Source: Octopus bimaculoides (lineage: Eukaryota). From it: DNA of 36,180 nt. This document shows positions 24,500 through 35,263 of the stretch, piece after piece. The number at the start of each line of letters is the position of its first letter. Positions within the stretch are counted from its first letter, which is position 1. The stretch covers positions 55,820,054 through 55,856,233 of the forward strand of contig NC_068991.1 of NCBI RefSeq assembly GCF_001194135.2. Direction: 5' to 3'. Made by a program: the position numbers and the translations under genes. The notes below the pieces were generated by a model, which was not told the DNA's origin, ran no database searches, and saw nothing but the letters and a program-made list of their open reading frames with translations.

Positions 24500-24599
24500 C
24501 AGAGATCGCCGAGCGACGTGAGATGAAGTGTTTTGCTCACGAACGCAACACATCACTCCGTCCAGGAATTGAAACACCCTAACCACTAGGTTATGCGCC
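24500..24599 (-). mobile_element. SINE family C 5' part with a deletion in the head
   Basis: Reverse complement: GGCGCATAACCTAGTGGTTAGGGTG..TTCAATTCCTGGAC..GAGCAAAACACTTCATCTCACG. Confidence 0.7.
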
Positions 24600-25370
24600 C
24601 TCTCCTATGATGTGTAGCACACTGTGCACCTGTACAAACAACAACATACATCACATAAGCCACAAAATTACTGCAGAATATATTATAAAAATAGCTGAAT
24701 GAAAAAAACCTTCTCATCAGCAAGATTCACCAACTTGTGAACCACAAAACATATTTTAGAAACCAATTATTAGAAAGGAAAACAGTAACTGATAATACTA
24801 CCAACATATATAAAATTCAACAAATCCGACAATTCACTGTAGAAGCTTCATTAATAGCAAAATACTAACCAAAAATCATCACACTCTATACAGTACATGT
24901 GAAAGAAATCGTGACAGTTACGAAGGATTAGCTGTTGAACTATTTTATTTCACTTTGCTGTATTGAAAACAAACCAATTAACATTTTTACAGTTTTCACC
25001 TTTTTGTTGGAGCAAGTAATTTGTATGGTTAGGCTGTTTATTTCAATTTTCATGACCTGAAAGATATTTATAGAAAAAATAAGGCTGCATCGCTTCACAC
25101 ATTTATAAAGGAGCTTCCACAAAATAAGATGTAATTAAATGGTTCCAATGATAAACAAGTTTGACTTTAGCACACTGGAGAAGGAGATATTTGACTATAT
25201 TAAACCAGTACTTGAATAGCCCTTTATTTTATCGACACCGATAGGAAAAAGGTTTAGATCTGTGGAATTTTACTCAAAGCTTTAACAAGTATAACTAAGT
25301 ACTACACCGGTTACAGGCCAACTACGAGTAGTAAGCTACGAAATTCTTAAGTTCTCTCGATTTCCTGTAA

Positions 25371-25820
25371 TTCAGACCGCCTCGTGGTCTCAGAAGACAA
25401 AACAGAAAAGGCGTTGCCCCGAATGATGTCGAGGGAGATGCACTGGAACAACCACTCTCACTCACGGGGCTCGCACTTGCAGACAGCAATCTCCGCCCCG
25501 ATAGCGGTGAGCAAGAATATGATCCAGGGACCGGGAACGTCGGAGGTCTCGACTGCATCAGCCTCGACCATAAATCTGCCGAGCAGCGGAGCCTCGGTTG
25601 GGAGATGAACACACCAAGTTGCCGCTGGAGAAAGTGTCACAGAATGTGGCATCCCAGATGGGAGAACCTACAGCCACGGAACAGGAAAATAGTCATACCG
25701 TCCAACATTTTACCATCCCCTCAGTCTAGCCCCGCTGGCTCGAACCGGGAAGAGAAGCCTGCAATGTCTAGGCCACGCTTTATGATTTCGTTAAGGGAGT
25801 CATGGCGTGGAAGGTGGTCA
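25371..25820 (+). other. GC/CpG-rich coding-like island of unknown origin
   Basis: Visibly GC-rich in an AT-rich background; one frame is stop-free from 25371 to 25898; possible acceptor at 25375 and donor GCG|GTGAGC at 25506. Confidence 0.35.
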
Positions 25821-25835
25821 GCACTTGAGGTTGTT

Positions 25836-26069
25836 CTATCTTTTATCTTTTACGTTTTTCAGTCATTTAACTTTGGTTATGCTGGTGCGCCGCCTTGAAG
25901 AATTTGTAGTCGAGTGAATCCACCCCAGTACTTATTTTGTTTTAAACTGGCACTTATTCTATTGTTCTCTTTTGCCGGACCGTTAAGTTACGGGGACGAG
26001 AACGCCGGAGGTCTCGGCCCGAGGTTATAGTAGAAGACACTTTCCCGATTAAGTCCACTCAGTGGACTG
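25836..26069 (-). mobile_element. SINE family B, internally deleted
   Basis: 5' module GTGTCTTCTACTATAACCTCGGGCCGA is joined almost directly to 3' module CGTCCCCGTAACTTAACGGT. Confidence 0.8.
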
Positions 26070-26224
26070 TTTCTTGATTTTGTTTTTCTATAAAGTAGTA
26101 TATTATTCCTGCCAATCCAGTGGTGTAGCTACAGCGTGCCCGAGGCAGCCCTTAAGTTTTGCCATCCCACTACCATCCTGAGCATCCAAGCCTATACAGC
26201 CCTTTACAGCCAATATAAATGTGC

Positions 26225-26350
26225 CGGTACTTGTTTTATCGACCCCGAAAGGATTAAAGGCAAAGTCGGTCTCGGGGGCACAAGGCTAGAAAATATTCAA
26301 GTAGTACTTATCTTGACGACACTAGAAGGTTGAAAGGCGAAGTGAGCGCT
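26225..26350 (-). mobile_element. Two tandem SINE family A fragments
   Basis: Reverse complement contains CCGAGACCGACTTTGCCTTTAATCCTTTCGGGGTCGATAAAACAAGTACC plus a more degenerate second copy. Confidence 0.65.
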
Positions 26351-26464
26351 CAGGGCTTTGAAGTCAGAATATCATGACCCAAAATACCTGCAAGGCATTT
26401 TGTCTCACGTTCCAAAGATTATGTTAGACATAGAAATGTGTCGATGTATATTTCAACACCTTTA

Positions 26465-26627
26465 GGCGCAGGCGTAGCTGTGTGGGCAAGAAGCTCGCTT
26501 TGCAACCACATGATTTCTGGCTCAGTCCAAATGCACTGAATCCTTGGTAAGTATCTTTTACTATAGCCCCTGGCTGATCAATCCCTTATGAGGAAATATG
26601 GTAGAAGGAAATTGTGAGGAAGACCGT

Positions 26628-26663
<36 letters not shown>

Positions 26664-26688
26664 AACACCCATACGTATGTGTGTGTGT

Positions 26689-26726
<38 letters not shown>

Positions 26727-26940
26727 GTGTACCTTTGTGTCTGTGTTTGTCTTCTACACCGCTTAGCAACCTGCGTTGGTTTGTTTATGCCTCCGTAACT
26801 TAGCGGTTCGACAAAACAGAACGATAGAATAAGTACCAAAGTTTAAAAATAAGCACTGCGGTCAATTTGTTCGAGTAAGAACCCTTGAAGGCAGTCCCCT
26901 AGTATGACTGCAGTCCAATGACCGAAACAAGTAAAAGATA
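26465..26940 (+). mobile_element. SINE family B, full length with internal (CA)n/(TG)n
   Basis: GGCGCAGGCGTAGCTGTGTGG head, central microsatellite 26631-26730, 3' GAAACAAGTAAAAGATA tail. Confidence 0.88.
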
Positions 26941-27425
26941 ACATTTGTTATACGTACTCTGGGAGGAAAAGCATACTTTTTAAGATATATAAGGAAATAA
27001 AATATCTGTCTCTAAATACCACCCATTGTCACTATTGTTAGACTACATCGTATAAACAACAATGATTGACCGGTCAACTGCAGCAGAGTATTTCCTGTCA
27101 GTGCCGATGACAATTACAAGTTCCTTTAATATATCATATTTTGGGTCTGTAAATTACTCATAGGTGTGTATATCAGTCGTACATAGAGAGATACTCATAA
27201 GCATTAAAAAAAAAAAAACATGCAAGTACTAGTATAAATCCCTTACATCCGCCTTACGAAACCCCAAGCCAATAATGTAGTGTAATGTAATGTAACTTCC
27301 GTAAGTCACAAAACCTACGAGAAATAGCAACGAAATCTTTCTCCGGTTACATTCATCACTCTTTCAACAAAGCGAATGTGGATTGTGTTTGGAGAAATGA
27401 CTGGATGTTTTCGGCTGAAATGTCT

Positions 27426-27623
27426 TTAACCTTTTAACGTTTAGATTACAGTCAAATGTAACGCTTATTTACTCATATTGTTTTGAATTTACCCTGCATT
27501 AATTTGTAGCCTTGAGGTTTCGGTTATGTGATTATTTTTAACATTGTAGAATAGGTGTGAGAGACTGGATCTGGCCAGTTTGAACATCAAGCAGGTAGAA
27601 TATTTTGGCCGAATATGGCCAGT
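27426..27623 (+). mobile_element. Probable MITE starting TTAACC, right end lost
   Basis: Resembles a repeat I recall from octopus DNA; only one end is visible here. Confidence 0.3.
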
Positions 27624-27809
27624 CATAAATCTAATCGATCAAATATGACCAAATCAAGCAATGAACACATTCTCGGGTGTAGGCAGGTGGCATTCATGAA
27701 GCCACTTATCAACAAAAGGCCTTCTCTCACGGTGAAACAATACGTAAAAATATTTCGACAGCAAAAAAAAAATGTGTTTTTGTATGTCAACAATATGTGT
27801 ATGTCAGCA

Positions 27810-27844
<35 letters not shown>

Positions 27845-29435
27845 CCACAGGTTTCGCTTGTGAACACTGAGAATTTAGTTACCTTTTGTTATTGTAACGG
27901 TAGAGACGACGATGAATTGCAGACAAGATACAGAAGGGGGCGGGGAATGCAAGAGGAAGTTAGTTGAGACGAGAACAATGAAAATATGTGAAAATAACAA
28001 AAAGAACAGAAGAGAAATACCTATGAATCAACACAGACGTATAAACATACGCGTTCACGCACGCGCGCGCGCGCTTACATACTTACATACATACATACAT
28101 ACATACAAGGTTAAGCGTTGTTTATCTTGATATGAGATAACCCTGTAGCACATATGTGATCGTGTTACATGTGCCTGGTGTAATCTTATCAGATGGGTTG
28201 TCATAGGGAATATATTGGGTTTTGTCTATTATCTGATCTGAACTGTATTTAAGCAAAGTATTTTCATGAAACAATGGGACTTATCAAAATATGATATTTA
28301 ACTCTCACAAATTTCTTAGTGTCAATGCCAATAACAATAGGAAGAGACTCATAGAAAAATCTACACTAGGTTTCCAATCCTGAATAAGAATTCGGGAAGC
28401 GATTCGCTTCAGAATTATTATCAATTATTTTTTTCAATTTACGTCAAGAGGTAAACGATCTTAACTATGGAACGACATCAAAATCATTGTCTAAAATATT
28501 ATTCTCCTATTGTACTACATCTTCATCTTCATATTAGATAAAAGTTCATAAGGCTAGTTTTTGAACTACAGTCTCGTTGAACGAATCATAGTAGCTACCC
28601 TAATAAACTTCGGTATCTCAAAAAAATAAGACATATGTGAGATACAGGCGTGGGTATGGCTGTATGGTATAAGATGTTCATTACGATGTGTGTAGACAAG
28701 AAAGCAATTTATTCTGCTGTTTCGGACAGGGTTTAGCAACAAAGAGCAGAAATTGCTCCTTTGATAGTCATGGTGTAATTGGAAAGACAATTCTGATCAA
28801 TGTCATTTCTTGACGTCAATATAAAAGCATATCTATTGCAGATGTTTTTGTTTTGCAGGTCTTACTCTCAGGCTCCTTCCGAAGTTGGGACACGCAGCAC
28901 TTTTGCTTTCAAACTCCTCTTGAACTTAGGCACAAATAATATAACTGCTTGCAAAATTACCGAGAATTCGCGAACCAAACACGTTCTTAAAAGATAACAA
29001 ATAATTACTAGGAGTGATTCTAGAGGTCCTAGACTGGACACTTCAGAACTTACGCTAAAATAAATCTCAAATTGGAAGAGTATCAGAAATACTGTCCTGA
29101 GATTTCCAGCAAACCCTACCAGTGATACGAAAAGAAACAAAAGCCTCTGAAATTCTTAAACTGTATTCACTTTTGACTGAAGTTAAAATCTTCAAATTGT
29201 CTACGATTATGAGAGTCAATCTTTTTGGAGATTATCTGTCAAGTGATTCTTGCCAATAATTTCTGACAAACTGGGGCGAATAAATCCATCTCTTGTAAAC
29301 ACGATGGTTAAAACAGCAGATGAATTGATATCAAAGTGCTATTCAGACTGCAACATCATTAACTAACACTATAGGTGAAAAAAAAATACTATATCACATA
29401 AATTCCTGGTGTATTGAAATAGTTCTAATTTCAAG

Positions 29436-29600
29436 AGAAAGTAAAGAAACGCCTAGTGGTAATTACAACCGACCTCGAATCAAAAATGGAAAGTAATCAC
29501 AAGAATCAAGAACTTCTAGAATTTGACATGCCATTGAAGAGAATACGGTCTTTTCTTCTCTGGAGACAAGAGAACAGTTGTGAAGTGTATCTCTACATCG
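29436..29600 (+). CDS. Candidate exon E (165 nt, phase 1 to 1)
   Basis: Acceptor TTCTAATTTCAAG, donor TCG|GTACGT; (E)KVKKRLVVITTDLESKMESNHKNQELLEFDMPLKRIRSFLLWRQENSCEVYLYI; both other frames have stops. Confidence 0.5.
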
Positions 29601-29716
29601 GTACGTATCATCAGCATCGCAGTTGCTTATAGAAATAAAAACGTTGACTGGGTACTTTCGTACACATCTAAGCAAATGTGTAAGCAAACATAAATATGTG
29701 TGTGTGTACGCGTGTG

Positions 29717-29759
<43 letters not shown>

Positions 29760-29768
29760 CGTATATAA

Positions 29769-29770
29769 GG

Positions 29771-29819
<49 letters not shown>
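29769..29819. repeat. (TAGA)n microsatellite
   Basis: Direct reading. Confidence 0.95.
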
Positions 29820-29862
29820 NNNNNNNNNNNNNNNNNNNNNNNNNNNNNNNNNNNNNNNNNNN

Positions 29863-30081
29863 GGCAGTAACGTTAGCACGCCGGGCGAAATGCTAAGCAG
29901 TATTTCGTCTGTCTTTACGTTCTGAGTTCAAATTCCGCCGAGGTCGACTTTGCCTTTCATCCTTTCGGGATCGATAAATTATGTACCAGTTACGCACTGG
30001 GGTCGATGTAATCGACTTAATCCCTTTGTCTGTCCTTGTTTGTCCCCTCTATGTTTAGCCCCTTGTGGGCAATAAAGAAAT

Positions 30082-30084
<3 letters not shown>
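29863..30084 (+). mobile_element. SINE family A, well-preserved copy
   Basis: GGCAGTAACGTTAGCACGCCGGGCGAAATGC..GAGTTCAAATTCCGCCGAGGTCGACTTTGCC..AATAAAGAAATAAG. Confidence 0.9.

Positions 30085-30146
<62 letters not shown>
30085..30146. repeat. (TAGA)n microsatellite
   Basis: Direct reading. Confidence 0.95.
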
Positions 30147-30330
30147 GGGTGTGTATGATTGTGTATAGCAGAATATATTAATCAAAGGAATTCCAACGTT
30201 GTCTGATTTTCACGTTTTATTTACAATCTTATAATAATATAAGATCATATAATATAATGAAATGATAGAATATTAAATGTCCATTCTGATTAAACTAGTA
30301 CTTTCATGCATTAAACTATGCAATCTTCAG

Positions 30331-30385
30331 GTTCATATAGTAGTGGTGACAGTTATGTTTTACAATTCACAACTGTAGCGAAAAG
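30331..30385 (+). CDS. Candidate exon F (55 nt, phase 1 to 2, needs a GC donor)
   Basis: Acceptor AATCTTCAG; (G)SYSSGDSYVLQFTTVAK continues exon E in frame; donor AAG|GCTAAA is non-canonical. Confidence 0.28.
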
Positions 30386-30924
30386 GCTAAAATGTGTGCC
30401 TTAGATACATTTATATAGTCTCCAGAATGTTAAGTTTTGCAAACTGTATTCTGATCAATCAATGTGTGGCTTAACTAAATTACTTAAGCTGATTGGTGTT
30501 TGGTTTAGGCGTCTCATGTCAAGACCCTGGCCAAAGCAGTAATTGTTTGGCTATTTTTAGAAATGTAAGCAACATTTTCGAGGGATTTTTACATTTCAGT
30601 TATCATCACCATTATCATCACATTTAAAATTGATGTCGTTGGTGGTGGCGGTGGTGGTGGTAGGAGTAGCTGTGGTGATAGAACTTTAAACCCTAAATAA
30701 GATTATTTTTACTGACTTTTCTCTTGACTTAGCTAATATTTTCCTGCAATCGTCATCATGAGACCCTTTAATATTGTTGTTGTTGTTGTTGTTAGTGGTA
30801 GTGGTCGTAGCAGTAGAAATAGTACCTCTAAGTATTATTATTATTGTTTATTTAGCTTGGGTTGAAATGTATCAATAAAGTTCTTTTCTCTGATTTTTCT
30901 TTCGATTTCACTTGGACTGTGTAG

Positions 30925-30986
30925 TTTGTGGAATGGAAATATTATGCATATTTTCCAACCACATGTTGCTAGATCGTTAGTCAAAG
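30925..30986 (+). CDS. Candidate exon G (62 nt, phase 2 to 1)
   Basis: Pyrimidine tract + GTGTAG, donor AAG|GTATCT; the only open frame reads LWNGNIMHIFQPHVARSLVK. Confidence 0.38.
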
Positions 30987-31126
30987 GTATCTGACGGACA
31001 TCTGGGTCTATAATTTGCTGTCGGTGCACACTCGAACGTTCTCATGGTGCATTTCCGGTCTGACCCACATACAGTTCTTCACAATTCGAGCATTTGATGC
31101 AGTAAATTAAATTTCTGCTTTTGCAG

Positions 31127-31233
31127 TTTATATTTGCGTTTGTGAATATTTTTCCGGTTTTTGTTATTTGGCCTGTATGTATGAATTGGAATGTGTCACA
31201 TCGGCTATCATTGCATTTAGATACAGTGAATGA
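31127..31233 (+). CDS. Candidate terminal exon H
   Basis: Strong acceptor TTTCTGCTTTTGCAG; the phase-1 frame reads (V)YICVCEYFSGFCYLACMYELECVTSAIIAFRYSE*. The phase-0 frame is also open. Confidence 0.28.
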
Positions 31234-33375
31234 TTGGTCTTTGTTGCTAAGGTCAAACTTTGCCTATATATACATACATAGTAAACATATATTTGTATGT
31301 GTTGTACAATTGTATTTACACACATGTGTGCACGCGCACACACTCGTGCATATATAAATATGTTTATGTATGTATATAAGTGCGTGCGTGTGTGTGTGTA
31401 TTCATTATTACTACTTTTTTCACTCATATGAAATAAAATATCTATAAATATTAGATCGATTGATAGAGGCAACTACATGCCTGCAAAAGTAGTATTTTAT
31501 AAAAGCATCATAAAGACAGGATTTCTTCTGCTATTTTGTTGTTGTTTTTAATGAATTCGGGAGCTGAATTAAAGGTATGTGTCTTTCATATGTTACACAT
31601 ATTAAATGAATTGAGCTTTAAATATAACAAAATTTATACTTGTCATATGTCAAAATCTACCACAAGTTCCAGTCCTTGTTGTAATGAAGTGGCTTGTGTG
31701 CCTCGATGATTTTGAGAGCTATGCCAGAGGATGTTGGACAGATCAAAAAATAGAAGCCAATCTAATATGGATAACTTCTTCACAGAGGTAAAAATGGTTT
31801 CGTATAGGGCCAATACTCCTATCTAGGAAAGAGCAAAGTTACAGAAACCTCGATGACAATTCAAAACCAACAAGACTTGAGAGAGAGAAGCAGCCCATAA
31901 TCAAGAACCGTGAAGGAAAGTCGTCCATGACCTATGCTTCAAATGGGAGGGGAGGACTTGAGTAAGTAACAACAAAATACTGTATTACTCACTCAAACTC
32001 TATTCATTGAATCACCTTTTATAATAAAGTGGATTTTTTAAATAAGTATTTATATTCAAAGGCTAGCAAACGCTCCGTCTGGCTAGGCATTTGTCCAGCC
32101 AGGCGGAACGTTTCTGACACACGTTGATATTTTCATTAGCATAAGAACACTTTTAAGTTTCACAAATGTTTCAGTAGATTTCCGTGGAAAATTTATCACT
32201 ATTACTGGTGGGTTTTGTGGTTGTTGTTGATAATGTTATTTAACCCTAGGTTAGCCGTGGCCCAGCACAGATATAATTAAAGGCTGTGCAGCCTTGCCCA
32301 TCCTGCGTATTAAGGACTATCTTATCTAATGAGCCCTTCCTGCTTCATTATATTGCTGATTGGTAGAGTTGTGGTATTTTTACTGCAGCNNNNNNNNNNN
32401 NNNNNNNNNNNNNNNNNNNNNNNNNNNNNNNNNNNNNNNNNNNNNNNNNNNNNNNNNNNNNNNNNNNNNNNNNNNNNNNNNNNNNNNNNNNNNNNNNNNN
32501 NNNNNNNNNNNNNNNNNNNNNNNNNNNNNNNNNNNNNNNNNNNNNNNNNNNNNNNNNNNNNNNNNNNNNNNNNNNNNNNNNNNNNNNNNNNNNNNNNNNN
32601 NNNNNNNNNNNNNNNNNNNNNNNNNNNNNNNNNNNNNNNNNNNNNNNNNNNNNNNNNNNNNNNNNNNNNNNNNNNNNNNNNNNNNNNNNNNNNNNNNNNN
32701 NNNNNNNNNNNNNNNNNNNNNNNNNNNNNNNNNNNNNNNNNNNNNNNNNNNNNNNNNNNNNNNNNNNNNNNNNNNNNNNNNNNNNNNNNNNNNNNNNNNN
32801 NNNNNNNNNNNNNNNNNNNNNNNNNNNNNNNNNNNNNNNNNNNNNNNNNNNNNNNNNNNNNNNNNNNNNNNNNNNNNNNNNNNNNNNNNNNNNNNNNNNN
32901 NNNNNNNNNNNNNNNNNNNNNNNNNNNNNNNNNNNNNNNNNNNNNNNNNNNNNNNNNNNNNNNNNNNNNNNNNNNNNNNNNNNNNNNNNNNNNNNNNNNN
33001 NNNNNNNNNNNNNNNNNNNNNNNNNNNNNNNNNNNNNNNNNNNNNNNNNNNNNNNNNNNNNNNNNNNNNNNNNNNNNNNNNNNNNNNNNNNNNNNNNNNN
33101 NNNNNNNNNNNNNNNNNNNNNNNNNNNNNNNNNNNNNNNNNNNNNNNNNNNNNNNNNNNNNNNNNNNNNNNNNNNNNNNNNNNNNNNNNNNNNNNNNNNN
33201 NNNNNNNNNNNNNNNNNNNNNNNNNNNNNNNNNNNNNNNNNNNNNNNNNNNNNNNNNNNNNNNNNNNNNNNNNNNNNNNNNNNNNNNNNNNNNNNNNNNN
33301 NNNNNNNNNNNNNNNNNNNNNNNNNNCTTATGCTAATGAAAATATCAACGTGTGTCAGAAACGTTCCGCCTGGCT

Positions 33376-33379
<4 letters not shown>

Positions 33380-33420
<41 letters not shown>
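33380..33420. repeat. (TA)n microsatellite
   Basis: Direct reading. Confidence 0.95.
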
Positions 33421-33421
<1 letters not shown>

Positions 33422-33485
33422 CAGTTTGACTCAACTCCACATGACTTAAAATTTTGTGGGCGTGATGACCACGTCCGTACGTATG

Positions 33486-33707
33486 TACGAGGTAGTACTG
33501 AAAAGTTCCTGGCTTTAGGTAAAAGAAACTACAGACGGACCACTTAATTATGATTTTATTCAGCATATTTCGTTCTCAGGTTCATACACTTATTGCCGCA
33601 GCCTTTCAGTTTTTCTAAGCCCTGTAAAAGAATTCGGAAGGTTGGGCCTCCAACAAGGCCTTTCACAATACTCTTAAAGCCGGGAACTTTACAGCACCTC
33701 CTGCATA
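33486..33707. mobile_element. Mariner-type MITE (~220 bp)
   Basis: Left TACGAGGTAGTACTGAAAAGTTCCTGGCTTTA versus right reverse-complemented TATGCAGGAGGTGCTGTAAAGTTCCCGGCTTTA; TA at both ends; no coding capacity. Confidence 0.75.
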
Positions 33708-34270
33708 TACACAGGGTGGCCCAAAAGTTACTGAGGAGTTTTAATTGTTAATAACTCACTTATTCTTACAAATAGGTGTATGAAATTTTTATTCAATATA
33801 GAGAAGATAATGGAGATTAATTTGCATTAGTTCTTTTTCATCATACCTCTTTCCAAAATTTATTCCATGACAGCTGTAAAGGTTTCAGGGTCCAGTTCCC
33901 TGATTTCTCTAGTGATATTCTCCTTCAATTGCTCCAGGGTTTTGGGTTTGTTGACATAAACATTCTTCTTGGGGTACTCCCACAAGTCAGGACTGGTCAA
34001 GTCTGGGGAATGCGATAACCAGTTGACATCACAGTAGCGAGAGATGATTCTTTCTCCAAAATATTGTCTCTGCAACTGTATTGTCTCTCTTGTGGTATGA
34101 GCCTCATCTTACTGGATCTACATGTCGAGCTTATTTTGAATGGCCGGGCGCAAAAAAGTTCTCGATCATAGACCTGTACTGCTCATCAGTCACAGTGACA
34201 GCATTCCCATCATCGTCCTCGAAGAAATAAGGCCTGATTATCTCATCCATCGTAATTCTCAAACCGGCAA
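33708..34270 (-). mobile_element. 3' fragment of a Tc1/mariner-superfamily transposon, DD41D-like
   Basis: Minus strand: IIRPYFFEDDDGNAVTVTDEQYRSMIENFF/..M*IQ*DEAHTTRETIQLQRQYFGERIISRYCDVNWLSHSPDLTSPDLWEYPKKNVYVNKPKTLEQLKENI. D-to-D spacing is 39, or 41 if an apparent 2-codon deletion is restored. One TIR CAGGGTGGCCCAAAAGT at 33712. Confidence 0.85.
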
Positions 34271-34433
34271 AATTCACTGCAGTAAATTATCTTCTACAGA
34301 ATTATTTCCGGTATTTGGCGCGCTAAAACGAGGACATTTGAAATATAACCCCAATGTAATTGGTAGAACTATATACATGTCTAATTTAATCGGACGTCTC
34401 GTGTATAGTCCTGCAAATTATATTGAAAAGAGC

Positions 34434-34500
34434 GATCGTACTGATGAGCTACGGACTATTACGTAAGTAATTTTGTTGATAGCGAAACCGGTCTACGATC
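34434..34500 (+). ncRNA. Minimal type-I hammerhead ribozyme motif (HHR-4)
   Basis: GATCGTA-CTGATGA-GCTA..TAGC-GAAAC-CG-GTC-TACGATC. Perfect 7-bp stem I, 4-bp stem II starting with G-C, palindrome ACCGGT, GUC triplet. Confidence 0.85.
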
Positions 34501-35263
34501 ACTTCTTTAAATTTTGTATATTTTCATTTGTCTTGCTCGCTTACGTTTTGGTGCTTGCTGAATTTTCTTGAGAACAATCTTTAGTGGTCAGATCGTAGGT
34601 GGTCTACTTCTAGCATAATGGATGTCCACTTAGTGGTTATCCCTATTATATGTATGTAATATAATTTTTCTGAATCTTCAGATTTTTCAATCTGCTAGGC
34701 CACTGGTTTTAAATTGATATTAATCAAATTAATATTCAATTTGTTACCCTTATTATTTAAATTATATATATATATATATGCGAGTGTTTGTGGTTATCTA
34801 TGTGTGTTTAGCCCAAAAAGGCTCTGAAACGATGCATCCTCGAGAAAAACGAATTTGATTTTCAAATTCTGTCTCACAGACAATGTTGTTCGTAAATGAT
34901 AATAAAAAAATATTTCCTGCGAGCTATAATTCAAATTTTAGATCGACAAATCTTCCACTTTCTATCTATTACTTTCAAACTATCTCTTTCTATATACATA
35001 GACCATACTCTTCAACACTCACTCTCTTTCTCTATGTATTAACTCACACGCATGGCTTTTATTTTGCTTAATATCTCGTATTCTATCTAATGTTTACTTC
35101 CATTCTTTCACAGCTATCACGTACAAAAATCCTGTTTCTGATTGGGTAAAAATTATTAAAATTTAAACCTCTGTAACATTTTTCTAAAATTTTTCTGGAA
35201 ATTTTTTCTTGTGCTTAAATCCCAGCAACTGACCACTGCATCATCATTCCATAAAATGTGTTT

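Noticed and set aside
25750-25810. REACNV*ATLYDFVKG resembling a psq/CENP-B helix-turn-helix
   Set aside because: Too short, contains a stop, and no transposase follows.
26465-26540. tRNA-like A/B boxes here and at 2224, 10545, 24599 and 29863
   Set aside because: These are SINE heads: no full cloverleaf, and they continue into shared repeat bodies.
30289-30337. Fifth hammerhead-like motif on the minus strand (CTGAAGA-T-TGCAT..ATGCA-T-GAAAG-TA-CTA, palindrome AGTACT)
   Set aside because: T-T mismatch at the base of stem II, non-standard stem III pair, weak AT-rich stem I, and overlap with the acceptor of candidate exon F. Could be chance.
32329-33421. ORFs of 335 and 353 aa (also those at 16.4-17.0, 18.2-18.8 and 23.8-24.4 kb)
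   Set aside because: Open only because they run through N gaps.
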